Shown here: piece by piece, positions 9,158 to 18,792 of the stretch
Position numbering within the stretch: the first letter of the stretch is position 1
Layout of the letters: the number at the start of each line of letters is the position of its first letter
NCBI GenBank assembly: GCA_017482195.1
Contig: JAFUNM010000006.1
Span: 1,184-65,183 of the forward strand
Direction of reading: 5' to 3'
Length of the DNA: 64,000 nt
From: Clostridia bacterium
GTDB taxonomy: Bacteria > Bacillota > Clostridia > Oscillospirales > QAKW01
Made by a program: the position numbers and the translations under genes
The notes under the pieces: generated by a model
The model's database searches: none
The model's input: only the letters and a program-made list of their open reading frames with translations
Told to the model about the DNA's origin: nothing

Positions 9158-9361
9158 TTACTTATCCAGATTATATCTCTTCTTGAAGCGGTCTACGCGT
9201 CCGCCGGTATCAACCAGCTTCTGCTTGCCGGTAAAGAAAGGATGGCACTTGGAACAAATTTCAACCCGGATCTCGCTCTTGGTGGAACGGGTCTCAAAGG
9301 TATTACCACAGGCACACTTTACAACAGCCTTTTCATAATTGGGATGAATGCCTTCTCTCAT
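9158..9361 (-). CDS. rpmE: 50S ribosomal protein L31 (Zn-ribbon C+ form)
   Basis: [27 protein letters not shown]...[14 protein letters not shown]. The ATG at 9361 is preceded by AGAGGTG. The track start 9415 is an upstream extension. Confidence 0.95.
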   Translation of the reverse strand: MREGIHPNYEKAVVKCACGNTFETRSTKSEIRVEICSKCHPFFTGKQKLVDTGGRVDRFKKRYNLDK

Positions 9362-9405
9362 GATTGTCACCTCTTTTTCGCTTGATACTTCATCATTACT
9401 TAGGT

Positions 9406-9434
9406 ATCTTATCACATTTCATATCTAATGTCAA
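9406..9434 (-). promoter_or_regulatory. rpmE promoter
   Basis: On the minus strand: TTGACA, a 17-nt spacer, then TAAGAT with an upstream TG (extended -10). Confidence 0.6.
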
Positions 9435-9442
9435 ACATTTTT

Positions 9443-10795
9443 TTAAGAATTTTCAGGTCGGACAGGCATCGTTACTACTTCCCGGTAAAGACGGTCGGCG
9501 GGAACGGTGGCACCAAATTGATATACAGCCTGAAAGGCCTCCTCATTGCTGACCAGACGGGCGGTTCCGGTGACATAAACATCCCGGTTGTGCTTAATAA
9601 CGCCCATAGAGGTTTTGCCCATTGCCACATCGTATACATCAACGGCGACTGTAACAGGAGCAGAGAGGGTATCCCCCTGTACACCCAACTGGCCGTTGGT
9701 ATTATCACCCCAAACATAAAGAGTACCGTCGGCGGTAAGAGCAGCGCAGGAATTGCCGTTGACAGAAATTTTGACAACACCTTCTAAAATTTTTTGGTAA
9801 TTGGCATAGTCCCGATTATCGCCGGTGCCCAACTGACCCAGATGATTCCGACCGGCGGCATAAACGATACCGTTTTTAGTAAGAACAATACTAAAATTCC
9901 GACCGGCCTCTGCCTGCCGTACTCCGCTCATCAATTTGATGGGGGTGCTGCTGGCGGCGGTGGTACGGTTGCCCATTTCGGAATAACTGTTGCTGCCGAA
10001 GCCGTAGAGGTTGCCGTAGGCATCCACAACCAATGTATGGGTCTCGCTGACAGAGACGGCAGAAACCTCCTCCAGGATCATCGTACCCTCGGTGCGATTT
10101 CGCTCGGTACCGTCACCCAGGAGTCCAAAGGCATTATAACCCATGGAATAAAGATCGCCTCCGGAAACATAGAACAGATTATTGCTATTGCCGTCAATAA
10201 AAGAACAGTCTCTGCTGATAACCGATTTTTCGAAAGTCGTATCGTCCCGCTCATATTGCAGGTACTCAAAGGTGCCGGAAAGAGTTAGTTTATTTTTTCC
10301 GTCCAACACCGCAAGGAGCCCTTCGCCGCCGGTGATCATAGAGGCCTCCTCATAGGAGAGGCCGTTTCGATAGGAGAAGGTCTCCATCGCATTCCCGTTG
10401 GCATCGGTAGTGACGGTTGCGAACTCCAGATGCCCGTAAACCTTGCCCTTTCCGGTAGTAATATAATAATCATCCTCCACTGCGGTAATGCTCTCGGGCA
10501 AAAAATCGCAGGCCCGCTCGGCATTCTGGGTCTTAAGCGCAGTTTGATATGAATCCACCGGAGAGGTTTCGCTGACAAATTCCTTGAGTTCTGCCTTAGG
10601 AAGTGCCAAAAGCTGCAGTACACCGCCAGCCAGTATAAACAGCACCGCCGCACCGCAATAAAGGCGGCGGAGCAAACGGATCTTTTTACGCACCTTGGCG
10701 CTTTTTTTCTTCATGGAGTTCATAATACTGCCCAGCAGCAAAACCCCAAACAGGGCGGCAAAGCCAAAGCTGATATAACTAACAATCTTCAGCAT
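9443..10795 (-). CDS. Membrane-anchored RCC1-repeat (beta-propeller) protein, paralog B
   Basis: Two N-terminal hydrophobic helices, then repeats LYSMGYNAFGLLGDGT, LYGFGSNSYSEMG, VYAAGRNHLGQLGTGD, LYVWGDNTNGQLG. TAATG overlap with the upstream paralog. Confidence 0.8.
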   Translation of the reverse strand: MLKIVSYISFGFAALFGVLLLGSIMNSMKKKSAKVRKKIRLLRRLYCGAAVLFILAGGVLQLLALPKAELKEFVSETSPVDSYQTALKTQNAERACDFLPESITAVEDDYYITTGKGKVYGHLEFATVTTDANGNAMETFSYRNGLSYEEASMITGGEGLLAVLDGKNKLTLSGTFEYLQYERDDTTFEKSVISRDCSFIDGNSNNLFYVSGGDLYSMGYNAFGLLGDGTERNRTEGTMILEEVSAVSVSETHTLVVDAYGNLYGFGSNSYSEMGNRTTAASSTPIKLMSGVRQAEAGRNFSIVLTKNGIVYAAGRNHLGQLGTGDNRDYANYQKILEGVVKISVNGNSCAALTADGTLYVWGDNTNGQLGVQGDTLSAPVTVAVDVYDVAMGKTSMGVIKHNRDVYVTGTARLVSNEEAFQAVYQFGATVPADRLYREVVTMPVRPENS

Positions 10796-12246
10796 TATGC
10801 CTTCACCTCCTGAACTGTTGCCACCGTACTGAAGCCGCTGTTATCGCGATCCGTACCCAGCTGATAATTCCGACGATCGCCGGCCCCCAAAAGCTTCCCG
10901 CCCTGCGTATAGATCAGGGTGCAGGAGCCGGAGGTATCGAAGAGAGCGGTCTCTTTATGGATAACTGCAGGAGCGGCATAAAACAGCGGATCGCCGCTGC
11001 CCAGTTGATCCACCCGGTTATCCCCCCAACCGTAAAGTTCGGTGCCGAGCAGAGCAAGGGCAGTACTACCGCCTGCATCGATGGCGGTGACACCCACGGG
11101 GATCATCACCTGACCAAAGACCTTGGCAGAGGGCGGGGGAAGCTCTTCTTCGCCGCCCTCGCTATGGACGCCCTCGGCTTCTTCCAGAGGGATCCGTCCC
11201 AATTGACCCAGAGCATTACTGCCTGCGGACCAGACAGTCCCATCGTTTTTCAGCAGCAGAGTGAAATCACTGCCTGCGGCAATATCGCTGCATCCGGTAC
11301 CAATCAGCACCGGAACCGATTGGGTATCGGTGTTGCCCAGTCCAAACTGACCGTATGCATTACTGCCGGTGGCATAAACACTGCCGTCGGCGGTCAAATA
11401 ATACAGAGAACGGGCGGTGACCACGACCTTGGTCACATTCTGCGCCAGGCGGGCATTGGTGTCGGCAATCTTTTCACTCGGCAGCCCCAACTGACCGTAA
11501 ATATTAGAGCCAAACACATAAAGGTTTCCGGTATTTTTGACCACAGCACCTGCGGTTTCCGAGACGGAGAAGTCCTTCACGTCCGGCTCCACCTGCACAA
11601 AGGCATCCAACCAGGCGGCGGTTTGATTGGGAATGATGCCCTTTTGGTTATCGCCCCGGGCATAAAGCACCCCGTCTTTGGTCAGCAAAAAACAGGTATC
11701 TCCTACCGTTTGAACCTTTAATACATTTTCATAAAGCTTTCCGCTCTCATCCAAAGCCGTCATATTCAAAGCGCCCCAGCCATAGAGAGCGCCGCTTTGA
11801 TTAACTGCAAAATTATTCCCGCTGCCTGTAAAAATGCCTGCCACACCGTCGGCAACAGTAGCGGGACAAAGGATCTGCTGATCGCCGGTGCCGGCATTCA
11901 GTTCCTTCTCATGGGCACGGTTTTGCAGATAGGTAGTAAAGCTGGTAGCGAGCAGTGCGCCGCCCACCACGACCACCAAACCCAGAACAAAGATCCAGAC
12001 TACCGCCGGGGAAACAGCAGTCAGCTTTTTAAGGGCCATTTTCACCGGGTTGGTCTCTCCTTCTACCCCTTTGGCATTGGGCAAACAGCAGATGACGATC
12101 AGGCCGATAGCACCAAAAAACAGCGCCAACCAACACCAGGATCGCCTGCGTCCTTTGACAGCGGCGATCTGGACAGCCAAAAAGGTGCAGGTAACGGTAT
12201 AGAAATAAAACAGCACCAGGCCGATGATCAGACCGTATTCCAACAT
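10795..12246 (-). CDS. Membrane-anchored RCC1-repeat (beta-propeller) protein, paralog A
   Basis: Three N-terminal hydrophobic helices, then about 7 RCC1 blades: LYGWGAL, LYARGDNQKG, LYVFGSNIYGQLGL, VYATGSNAYGQFGLGN, VWSAGSNALGQLG, LYGWGDNRVDQLGSG, LLGAGDRRNYQLG. Confidence 0.8.
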   Translation of the reverse strand: MLEYGLIIGLVLFYFYTVTCTFLAVQIAAVKGRRRSWCWLALFFGAIGLIVICCLPNAKGVEGETNPVKMALKKLTAVSPAVVWIFVLGLVVVVGGALLATSFTTYLQNRAHEKELNAGTGDQQILCPATVADGVAGIFTGSGNNFAVNQSGALYGWGALNMTALDESGKLYENVLKVQTVGDTCFLLTKDGVLYARGDNQKGIIPNQTAAWLDAFVQVEPDVKDFSVSETAGAVVKNTGNLYVFGSNIYGQLGLPSEKIADTNARLAQNVTKVVVTARSLYYLTADGSVYATGSNAYGQFGLGNTDTQSVPVLIGTGCSDIAAGSDFTLLLKNDGTVWSAGSNALGQLGRIPLEEAEGVHSEGGEEELPPPSAKVFGQVMIPVGVTAIDAGGSTALALLGTELYGWGDNRVDQLGSGDPLFYAAPAVIHKETALFDTSGSCTLIYTQGGKLLGAGDRRNYQLGTDRDNSGFSTVATVQEVKA

Positions 12247-12259
12247 TCAACTTTCCTCC

Positions 12260-13780
12260 TCATTCACCCAATAAGGTTTTTTCTTCGGCATCCAGGATCG
12301 GGAAGGAAACGGTAACCACCGTTCCTACATGAAGAGTACTCTCGATCTCTAAGCTGCCGCCGTGCAGACGCATGATCTCGTCGGAAATACCAAGACCGAT
12401 ACCGCTGCCGCGTTTTTGAGATTTGCCTTTATAGAACATATCTTTTACATGGGGCAGATCCTCGGCGTCGATCCCTTCGCCGAAGTCCTGCACAATAAAT
12501 AATGCCCGTTGCTCCGCTACCCGGGCGGCGATTTCGATCCGTCCTCCTTTAGGGGAGTGCTTGATGGCATTATCAATAATATTGAAGAAAACCTGCTTGA
12601 CCCGATCTCGATCCACCAGAGCCTGAATGCTGTCTTCCTCAGGAACATACTCAATGATGATCTCCTCGCTCTTAGCACGTTCGGACATCATAAAGACCGT
12701 TTCTTCAAATTCTGCCAGCAGGTCACACTGCTCAACCGTCAGTTTCATATTTCCTGACTGGAGACGGGACATATCCAATAGCTCCTCCACCAGTTTGGAA
12801 AGACGCTCGGTTTCGCTGTAAATGATCTCCACACCCCGATGGGTGGTTTCATCCATTTGCTCCGATGAGGCCAGCATGGTTTCCGTCCAGCCGCGGATCG
12901 CAGTAAGAGGAGTGCGCAGCTCATGGGAGATGGAGGAGATAAACTCATTTTTCAAACGCTCGGTCTGGGACAGCTCCTCCGCCATACGGTTAATGGTTTG
13001 CCCCAGCTGACCGATCTCGTCATTTTTACTATTTTCCTTCACCCGGGCAGTCATATCACCCTCGGTAATTTTCAGGGCCGCATCGTTGATCAAGTTCACC
13101 GGCAATACGATAGATTTAATAAAGTAAGTGCCGGTAAAAGCGGTCAAAGCAACAATAAATAGACCCATGAAAAAGATTCCCAAATTCATATTGGTCAGCG
13201 CCCGATTGACCTGCTCCAAAGAGGACATCATCCGCACGGTACCCACTAATATTCCATCATCGGTATACAGCGGCAGCGAAACGCTGACGATCTGCTCATC
13301 GGCAGAGGCGCTGTAACCGATCCAATGATCGTTTCTTCCGCCCCGGGCGGAGGTTAGGTCGGGAGTCTCATTGATTTCCTCAATAGCAAATCCGGTGGAG
13401 GAAAAGACGATACTGCCGTTTAAGGAAATGACCTGCATTTCCATAACATCCTTATCCTCAAAATCCTCGACCAAGGCCATAAATCCTGCCGAAACGCTAT
13501 GATATTGAGGATAAACATAGCTCTCAAAATACTTGGACATATACTCCCCGCTGGCAGTAAGGGTACTGACGCAGTTATTATAATAAGAATTTTTAATGAT
13601 CGTACTAATGATGGAGAAGGCCAGAACGACCACCAGCAGCGTTACACCGAAGATATTGAGCAGCCAGCGGCGGGTGATGCCGGAAAAAACATGCTTTTTC
13701 AACAGTTCACCGTAGTACTTTCCTTTTTCATAGAGAACAGCGGCCTGGTTTTTCAATTTTTCTAAATATTGCTTATTCAT
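12260..13780 (-). CDS. Sensor histidine kinase (TM - extracytoplasmic loop - TM - HAMP - HisKA - HATPase_c)
   Basis: SHELRTPLTAIRGW (H-box), NIIDNAIKHSP (N-box), DFGEGI (G1), GSGIGLGI (G2). I chose ATG 13780 (MNKQYLEKL), which overlaps the regulator stop as ATGAATAA. Confidence 0.9.
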   Translation of the reverse strand: MNKQYLEKLKNQAAVLYEKGKYYGELLKKHVFSGITRRWLLNIFGVTLLVVVLAFSIISTIIKNSYYNNCVSTLTASGEYMSKYFESYVYPQYHSVSAGFMALVEDFEDKDVMEMQVISLNGSIVFSSTGFAIEEINETPDLTSARGGRNDHWIGYSASADEQIVSVSLPLYTDDGILVGTVRMMSSLEQVNRALTNMNLGIFFMGLFIVALTAFTGTYFIKSIVLPVNLINDAALKITEGDMTARVKENSKNDEIGQLGQTINRMAEELSQTERLKNEFISSISHELRTPLTAIRGWTETMLASSEQMDETTHRGVEIIYSETERLSKLVEELLDMSRLQSGNMKLTVEQCDLLAEFEETVFMMSERAKSEEIIIEYVPEEDSIQALVDRDRVKQVFFNIIDNAIKHSPKGGRIEIAARVAEQRALFIVQDFGEGIDAEDLPHVKDMFYKGKSQKRGSGIGLGISDEIMRLHGGSLEIESTLHVGTVVTVSFPILDAEEKTLLGE

Positions 13781-14474
13781 GGCCCCAACGGTAACCGAAT
13801 CCCCAAACAGTCTGGATATACTGCGGAGAAGACGGATCATCCTCGATCTTGATTCTCAAACGACGGATATTCACATCTACGATCTTATGACGGTCGCCCC
13901 CGAAATTATCGCTCCAAACCTTCCGGAAGATCTCTTCCCGGGAGAAAGCCTTGCCGGGGTGCTCCAAAAAATGCTTCATCAGCTGAAACTCCACCTGGGT
14001 CACCTCGATGGGACGGTCACTTTTGGTCAGCTTACGGCTCTTGACATTCAGTACAAAAGGACCTTCCTTCAGCTCATCGCTATCGGGGATGGCGATCCCC
14101 TTCATCATCTGCACCCGGCGATATAGGTTATCCACCCGCACAGTCAGTTCCAGCGGGGAGAAGGGCTTGGTAACATAATCATCCGCACCGTTCATCAGGC
14201 CTGCTACCTTATCGATCTCCTGGGCTTTAGCGGTAAGCATAATAATACCGATCTTTTGATTGGAGGAACGGATCTTCTGGCAAACCTCCAGCCCGTCGAT
14301 CCCCGGAAGCATCACATCTAACACGGCAATATCAATATCGGGGTTCCGGTCAAAAAGCTCCAATGCTTCCTCCCCGGTGGATGCCTCCACCATTTCATAG
14401 CCTGCCCGCTTTAAGTTCAGTACCACAAAGGCGCGGATGGCTTCTTCGTCTTCTAAAATCAAGATCTTCTTCAT
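13773..14474 (-). CDS. OmpR/PhoB-family response regulator
   Basis: MKKILILEDEE...DIAVLDVMLPGIDG...MLTAK (receiver D/D/K) and C-terminal winged helix VWGFGYRW. AAGGAG RBS. Confidence 0.93.
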   Translation of the reverse strand: MKKILILEDEEAIRAFVVLNLKRAGYEMVEASTGEEALELFDRNPDIDIAVLDVMLPGIDGLEVCQKIRSSNQKIGIIMLTAKAQEIDKVAGLMNGADDYVTKPFSPLELTVRVDNLYRRVQMMKGIAIPDSDELKEGPFVLNVKSRKLTKSDRPIEVTQVEFQLMKHFLEHPGKAFSREEIFRKVWSDNFGGDRHKIVDVNIRRLRIKIEDDPSSPQYIQTVWGFGYRWGHE

Positions 14475-14484
14475 TTTGGACTCC

Positions 14485-15762
14485 TTATCCTATAACACTG
14501 AACAGGCCGTAGACCTGCATGTAGTTGATTCGCATGGAATTATCCGGCTCGCAGTAAACAGCGCAGATATGGTCACTGTCGGAATACAATCGGCGCCAGC
14601 CGGTCTCGCCCAGTTCATTGGAATATTCTGCAAGTGCAAAGATACGAACGGTAAAGAGATTTTCTCCCTTCATCGTTTTAAACACAAAGGAACGGTCAGC
14701 GGTGTTTCCCCGCTCAACGGTGACCTTGCCCACCCAGGAGGAAGGAAAGTCTACCATGATCTTTTCCGTCATATCCACAAAAGAGGCCGATATATCGGTA
14801 AGGGACTTTCCATCGTAATCCGTCCAGCGGGTGAGATAAAGATTCTCGGTAACACCGCTGCGGGTATAGGCAGGCAGCGCCTCCTCTCGGGGAACCTCCA
14901 GGATCCCGTCGCCATTCACATCACGGCAGGTAACCGCTGTATTCCGCATCGTAGCGGTACTTAATTGGGTCAGCAGTTCATTGGTGAGACGGCCTTCCTC
15001 ATTGATGGACAGCACCTCGGTAACGCATTGGCCGTTTTCCTGCTGGCTATCCACATAAACAGCCGGCAAGCCGGCGGTGGTCTTTCCGGTCTCAATGGCC
15101 AGGTAGTCGGTGGTACGGTCATACATGGGAACGGTATTGACTACACCGATCTTTCCGTCCGTCAGCCCCACCAGAGAGGCCGTAACCGACTTCGTGGCGG
15201 AATTACGGCTGATGACCGCCAATTTATTGGGCGCATCCCCCAGCATGGCAAAGCGGGTATACAGACCGGAATAGCGGCTCTCGGCCTCCTTGTCCTCAAT
15301 GGTATAGACATCGTAGCTACCGTCGGTATCCGCATGATATTGCCAACCCACCACGATCTCGGACATTCCGTCACCGTCCATATCACCGAAGGCTACACGG
15401 CCCACAGAGGCGGCCTCACTTTCCCCTTTGGCCAGCATCGCCCAACTCTCCCCTCGGTTTTCCATCACCAAAAAGCAAAGCTGATCCTCCTTGCCGGAGG
15501 GGCGGTAAAAGCAGAGGGCTTCGGTGGTCTTATCGCCGGTGAGATCCACCGAGATGATACCCGTACGGTAAGAGCCTGCCTGGGGATAGACCAACTCATA
15601 CCCTTCTCCGATGGCAGCGTTGATCGCTTGGGAAAGCGCTTCACGGCCTGAACTCATGGCAGGCGGAGTCAGCAGCGTGCGGATCTCCTCGCCGGACATG
15701 GAGCATCCGGAAAGAAACAGCGATATTATTAATATAAATAGGATAAAACTTTTGTTTTTCAT
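14485..15762 (-). CDS. Lipoprotein with FG-GAP/VCBS-like DxDGDG motifs, function unknown
   Basis: MKNKSFILFILIISLFLSGC lipobox from ATG 15762, plus GDMDGDGMSEIVVGW and RDVNGDGILEVP motifs. First gene of the two-component/RCC1 operon. Confidence 0.7.
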   Translation of the reverse strand: MKNKSFILFILIISLFLSGCSMSGEEIRTLLTPPAMSSGREALSQAINAAIGEGYELVYPQAGSYRTGIISVDLTGDKTTEALCFYRPSGKEDQLCFLVMENRGESWAMLAKGESEAASVGRVAFGDMDGDGMSEIVVGWQYHADTDGSYDVYTIEDKEAESRYSGLYTRFAMLGDAPNKLAVISRNSATKSVTASLVGLTDGKIGVVNTVPMYDRTTDYLAIETGKTTAGLPAVYVDSQQENGQCVTEVLSINEEGRLTNELLTQLSTATMRNTAVTCRDVNGDGILEVPREEALPAYTRSGVTENLYLTRWTDYDGKSLTDISASFVDMTEKIMVDFPSSWVGKVTVERGNTADRSFVFKTMKGENLFTVRIFALAEYSNELGETGWRRLYSDSDHICAVYCEPDNSMRINYMQVYGLFSVIG

Positions 15763-15847
15763 ATAATACCCCATAATAATCCATATTAAAAATATTATAC
15801 TATATATATATAATAATTGCAATAATATAAGTTTTTAAAATTGGGTA

Positions 15848-15876
15848 TTTACTTTTTGGAAAAAATGTAGTATAAT
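15848..15876 (+). promoter_or_regulatory. Putative rpsO promoter
   Basis: TTTACT, a 17-nt spacer, then TATAAT (15871-15876). Confidence 0.45.
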
Positions 15877-15974
15877 TCAAAATTGTCAGCGTGACCGAAC
15901 TTAGAAGTACGTCTATTCACCGGACGGCTCCTCGGTTCGTGCCGGACAAATCTATAGAAAGGTGAACGAATGCT

Positions 15975-16241
15975 ATGCTGAAGAAGGATATCAAAGATTC
16001 CGTAATCGCGGCCAACAAGCTGCATGAGAAGGACACCGGTTCTCCCGAAGTCCAGATCGCAATTCTGACCGCTCGGATCAATGAGCTGACGGAGCATCTG
16101 AAGAAGAACCCCAACGACCATCATTCCCGTCGTGGTCTTCTGAAAATGGTTGGTAACAGAAGAAACCTGCTCAACTACCTGACCAAGGTTGACATTAACC
16201 GTTACCGTGCCATCATTGAGAAGCTCAACATCAGAAAGTAA
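15975..16241 (+). CDS. rpsO: 30S ribosomal protein S15
   Basis: [48 protein letters not shown], the canonical S15 sequence. Confidence 0.96.
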   Translation: MLKKDIKDSVIAANKLHEKDTGSPEVQIAILTARINELTEHLKKNPNDHHSRRGLLKMVGNRRNLLNYLTKVDINRYRAIIEKLNIRK

Positions 16242-16250
16242 GCCAAAAGC

Positions 16251-16300
16251 AGGCGGAAAAGGGCGTAGATCAACTCCCTTTTCTGCCTCTTTCCCATTTT
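16251..16300 (+). terminator. rpsO terminator / pnp leader hairpin
   Basis: 13-bp stem AGGCGGAAAAGGG / CCCTTTTCTGCCT (one G-U pair) with a 12-nt loop, followed by a weak T-rich tract. The position is equivalent to the rpsO-pnp intergenic hairpin of other bacteria. Confidence 0.55.
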
Positions 16301-16413
16301 TAGGAGAGACAACTTTAGCAGTTAATCAAATTGCTTTGAGTAAAAGGCAGGTTGATTAAGTGCTAAAAAGTCCTTCTTGGAAATGGGAACAAAAATTTCA
16401 AGGAGGTACAAAA

Positions 16414-18537
16414 ATGTACGAGAATCACAAGATTTACAAGACTGAATTCGCCGGCCGTACCTTAACGGTTGAGACCGGAAAATTTGCTCAGCTGGCCAAC
16501 GGCAGCGCTCTGGTTCGCTACGGCGACACTGTTGTTCTGGCAACGGCTACCGCTTCCGCCAAGCCCCGGGACGGCATCGATTTCTTTCCTCTCTCGGTAG
16601 ACTTTGAGGAAAGAATGTATGCTGCCGGCAAGATCCCCGGCGGATTCTTGAAGAGAGAGGGCCGCCCTTCGGAGAAGGCGATCTTAAGCAGCCGTGTTAT
16701 CGACCGCTCTATCCGTCCCCTCTTCCCCAAGGATATGCGCAATGACGTCAACGTTAACCTGACCATCCTGGCGGTGGATCAGGATTGCATTCCCGAGATC
16801 GTCGGTATGATCGGTGCATCCATTGCCCTCTCCATCTCCGACATTCCCTTTGCCGGCCCCATCAGCGGTGTTTCCGTCGGCCTGGTGGACGGTGAGATCG
16901 TGATGAACCCCACCGAAGAGCAGCGTGAGCGCTCCGAAATGGCTGTTACCGTGGCTTCTTCCGCAAAGAAGGTCACCATGATCGAAGCCGGCGCGAAGGA
17001 AGTTCCCGAGGACAAGATGCTGGAAGCCATCATGGCCGGCCATGCTGCCAACGTTGAACTGATCGGCTTTATCAACAATATCGTTGCCGAGATCGGTAAA
17101 GAGAAATTCGGCTTTGAATCCTATGAAGTTCCCCATGAGATCTTCGATATGGTGAAAGATTATGCCGAGGATATGATGAAGGAAGCTCTTCATACTGCCG
17201 ATAAGATCACCCGCGACAACAATATCAAAGAAGTAACCGCCAAGGTAGAAGAGCGTTTCGCAGAAGAACTGGGCGAGAATGCTTATCTTTTAGGCGACTG
17301 TCTCTACAAGCTGCAGAAATATATCGTGCGCAACTGGATCTCTGAAGAAGGCAAGCGCGTGGACGACCGCGGCCTCAACGATATGCGCCCTCTCTGGGGC
17401 GAGGTTGATCTGCTGCCCAAGGTTCATGGTTGCGGCCTTTTCGCCCGTGGTAAGACCCAGGTTCTAACCATTTGTACTTTAGGCATGGTCAGCGAGGCTC
17501 AAATACTGGACGGTTTGGATAATGTGGATTCCAAGCGCTATATCCACCACTACAATATGCCCGGCTTCACCGTCGGTGAAGCAAAGCCTTCCCGCAGCCC
17601 CGGCCGCCGCGAGATCGGCCACGGTGCTCTGGCAGAGCGTGCTTTGGAGCCGGTGATCCCCTCTGTCGATGAATTCCCCTATACCATTCGTCTGGTCTCC
17701 GATGTATTGACCTCCAACGGCTCCACCTCTCAGGGCGCCATCTGCGGCTCTACCCTGGCACTGATGGATGCAGGTGTGCCCATCAAGGCTCCGGTTGCCG
17801 GTATCTCCTGCGGTCTGATCACCAGACCTGATGATACCTTTGTAACCATGGTAGACATTCAGGGTATCGAAGATTTCTTCGGCGATATGGACTTTAAGGT
17901 AGCCGGTACTAAAAAGGGTATCACCGCCATTCAGATGGATATTAAGGTAGACGGTCTGACCGAGGCCATCATCAAAGAGGCGCTCACCAAGACCCGTGAT
18001 GCCCGTTATCATATTCTGGACAACATTATTGCGCCCGCCATTGCAGAGCCTCGTGCAGACGTAAAGGATTGGGCGCCCAAGATCATCACCCTGAAGATCA
18101 ACCCTGAGAAGATCCGCGAGGTCATTGGTACCGGAGGTAAGGTCATTCAGAAGATCGTTGCCGACACCGGTGCCAAGATCGACATTGAGGATGATGGCTC
18201 CGTATTCATCTCCGCTTCCAATCCTGCTTCTTCCAATCAGGCATTGGAGATCATCAAGGGCATCGTATTTGAGCCCGAAGTCGGCCAGATCTACCGTGCC
18301 AAGGTCGTGAAGATCATGGAGTTCGGTGCGTTTGTTGAATTTGCTCCCGGTAAAGAGGGTCTGGTTCACATTTCCAAGCTGGATAAAAAGCGTGTGGAAA
18401 AGGTGGAAGATCTCTTGAGCGAGGGCGACGAGATCTGGGTCAAGTTCATGGAGGTAGACTCCAAGGGCAGATACAATCTCTCCCGCAAGGACGCTCTGAT
18501 CGACATGGAAAACGCTCAGAAGGCTGCACAGGAATAA
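16414..18537 (+). CDS. pnp: Polyribonucleotide nucleotidyltransferase (PNPase)
   Basis: MYENHKIYKTEFAGRTLTVETGK..., two RNase PH domains, a KH domain (IGTGGKVIQKI) and an S1 domain (GQIYRAKVVKIMEFGAFVEF). ATG 16414 lies 7 nt after AGGAGG. Confidence 0.96.
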   Translation: MYENHKIYKTEFAGRTLTVETGKFAQLANGSALVRYGDTVVLATATASAKPRDGIDFFPLSVDFEERMYAAGKIPGGFLKREGRPSEKAILSSRVIDRSIRPLFPKDMRNDVNVNLTILAVDQDCIPEIVGMIGASIALSISDIPFAGPISGVSVGLVDGEIVMNPTEEQRERSEMAVTVASSAKKVTMIEAGAKEVPEDKMLEAIMAGHAANVELIGFINNIVAEIGKEKFGFESYEVPHEIFDMVKDYAEDMMKEALHTADKITRDNNIKEVTAKVEERFAEELGENAYLLGDCLYKLQKYIVRNWISEEGKRVDDRGLNDMRPLWGEVDLLPKVHGCGLFARGKTQVLTICTLGMVSEAQILDGLDNVDSKRYIHHYNMPGFTVGEAKPSRSPGRREIGHGALAERALEPVIPSVDEFPYTIRLVSDVLTSNGSTSQGAICGSTLALMDAGVPIKAPVAGISCGLITRPDDTFVTMVDIQGIEDFFGDMDFKVAGTKKGITAIQMDIKVDGLTEAIIKEALTKTRDARYHILDNIIAPAIAEPRADVKDWAPKIITLKINPEKIREVIGTGGKVIQKIVADTGAKIDIEDDGSVFISASNPASSNQALEIIKGIVFEPEVGQIYRAKVVKIMEFGAFVEFAPGKEGLVHISKLDKKRVEKVEDLLSEGDEIWVKFMEVDSKGRYNLSRKDALIDMENAQKAAQE

Positions 18538-18597
18538 TCGAAAAGCAAAATCCCCCGACGGGTCAAACACAAATCCGGTAAAAACGGACAATAGACA

Positions 18598-18643
18598 ATC
18601 CCCCCTATTGTAGGATAACACTTACAGTAGGGGGGTATTTTTA
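18598..18643 (+). terminator. pnp terminator
   Basis: ATCCCCCCTATTGTA / TACAGTAGGGGGGTAT stem followed by TTTTT. Confidence 0.8.
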
Positions 18644-18744
18644 TGCCAAAAAGGCATTTAACAATACACTGTAGAACAGTTGCCGCAAAACAAAACGGAC
18701 TTCGCTGAAACAATATTTTTCACTCTTTATTGAAAAAATAGAGC

Positions 18745-18779
18745 ATAAAAAATCCCGTGATGCTTTTGCATCACGGGAT
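18745..18779 (-). terminator. Terminator of the 659-aa SLH protein gene
   Basis: ATCCCGTGATGC tttt GCATCACGGGAT, followed by TTTTTT on the minus strand. Confidence 0.85.
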
Positions 18780-18792
18780 ACCAATTTGAAAC

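Noticed and set aside
13781-13840. N-terminal extensions in track ORFs, including 13840 for the kinase and 3161, 2098, 9415, 15822, 16360, 22903, 33604, 41626, 45298, 47982, 50070, 51763, 53850, 55447 and 63135.
   Set aside because: Internal ATGs preceded by GGAGG-like RBSs coincide with the start of homology or with a signal peptide. The extensions run into upstream genes, promoters or terminators.
15877-15974. A possible S15-binding autoregulatory structure in the rpsO leader.
   Set aside because: I could not fold a convincing three-way junction or pseudoknot by eye (CCGAAC / CGGTTCG pair only partially), so I make no call.
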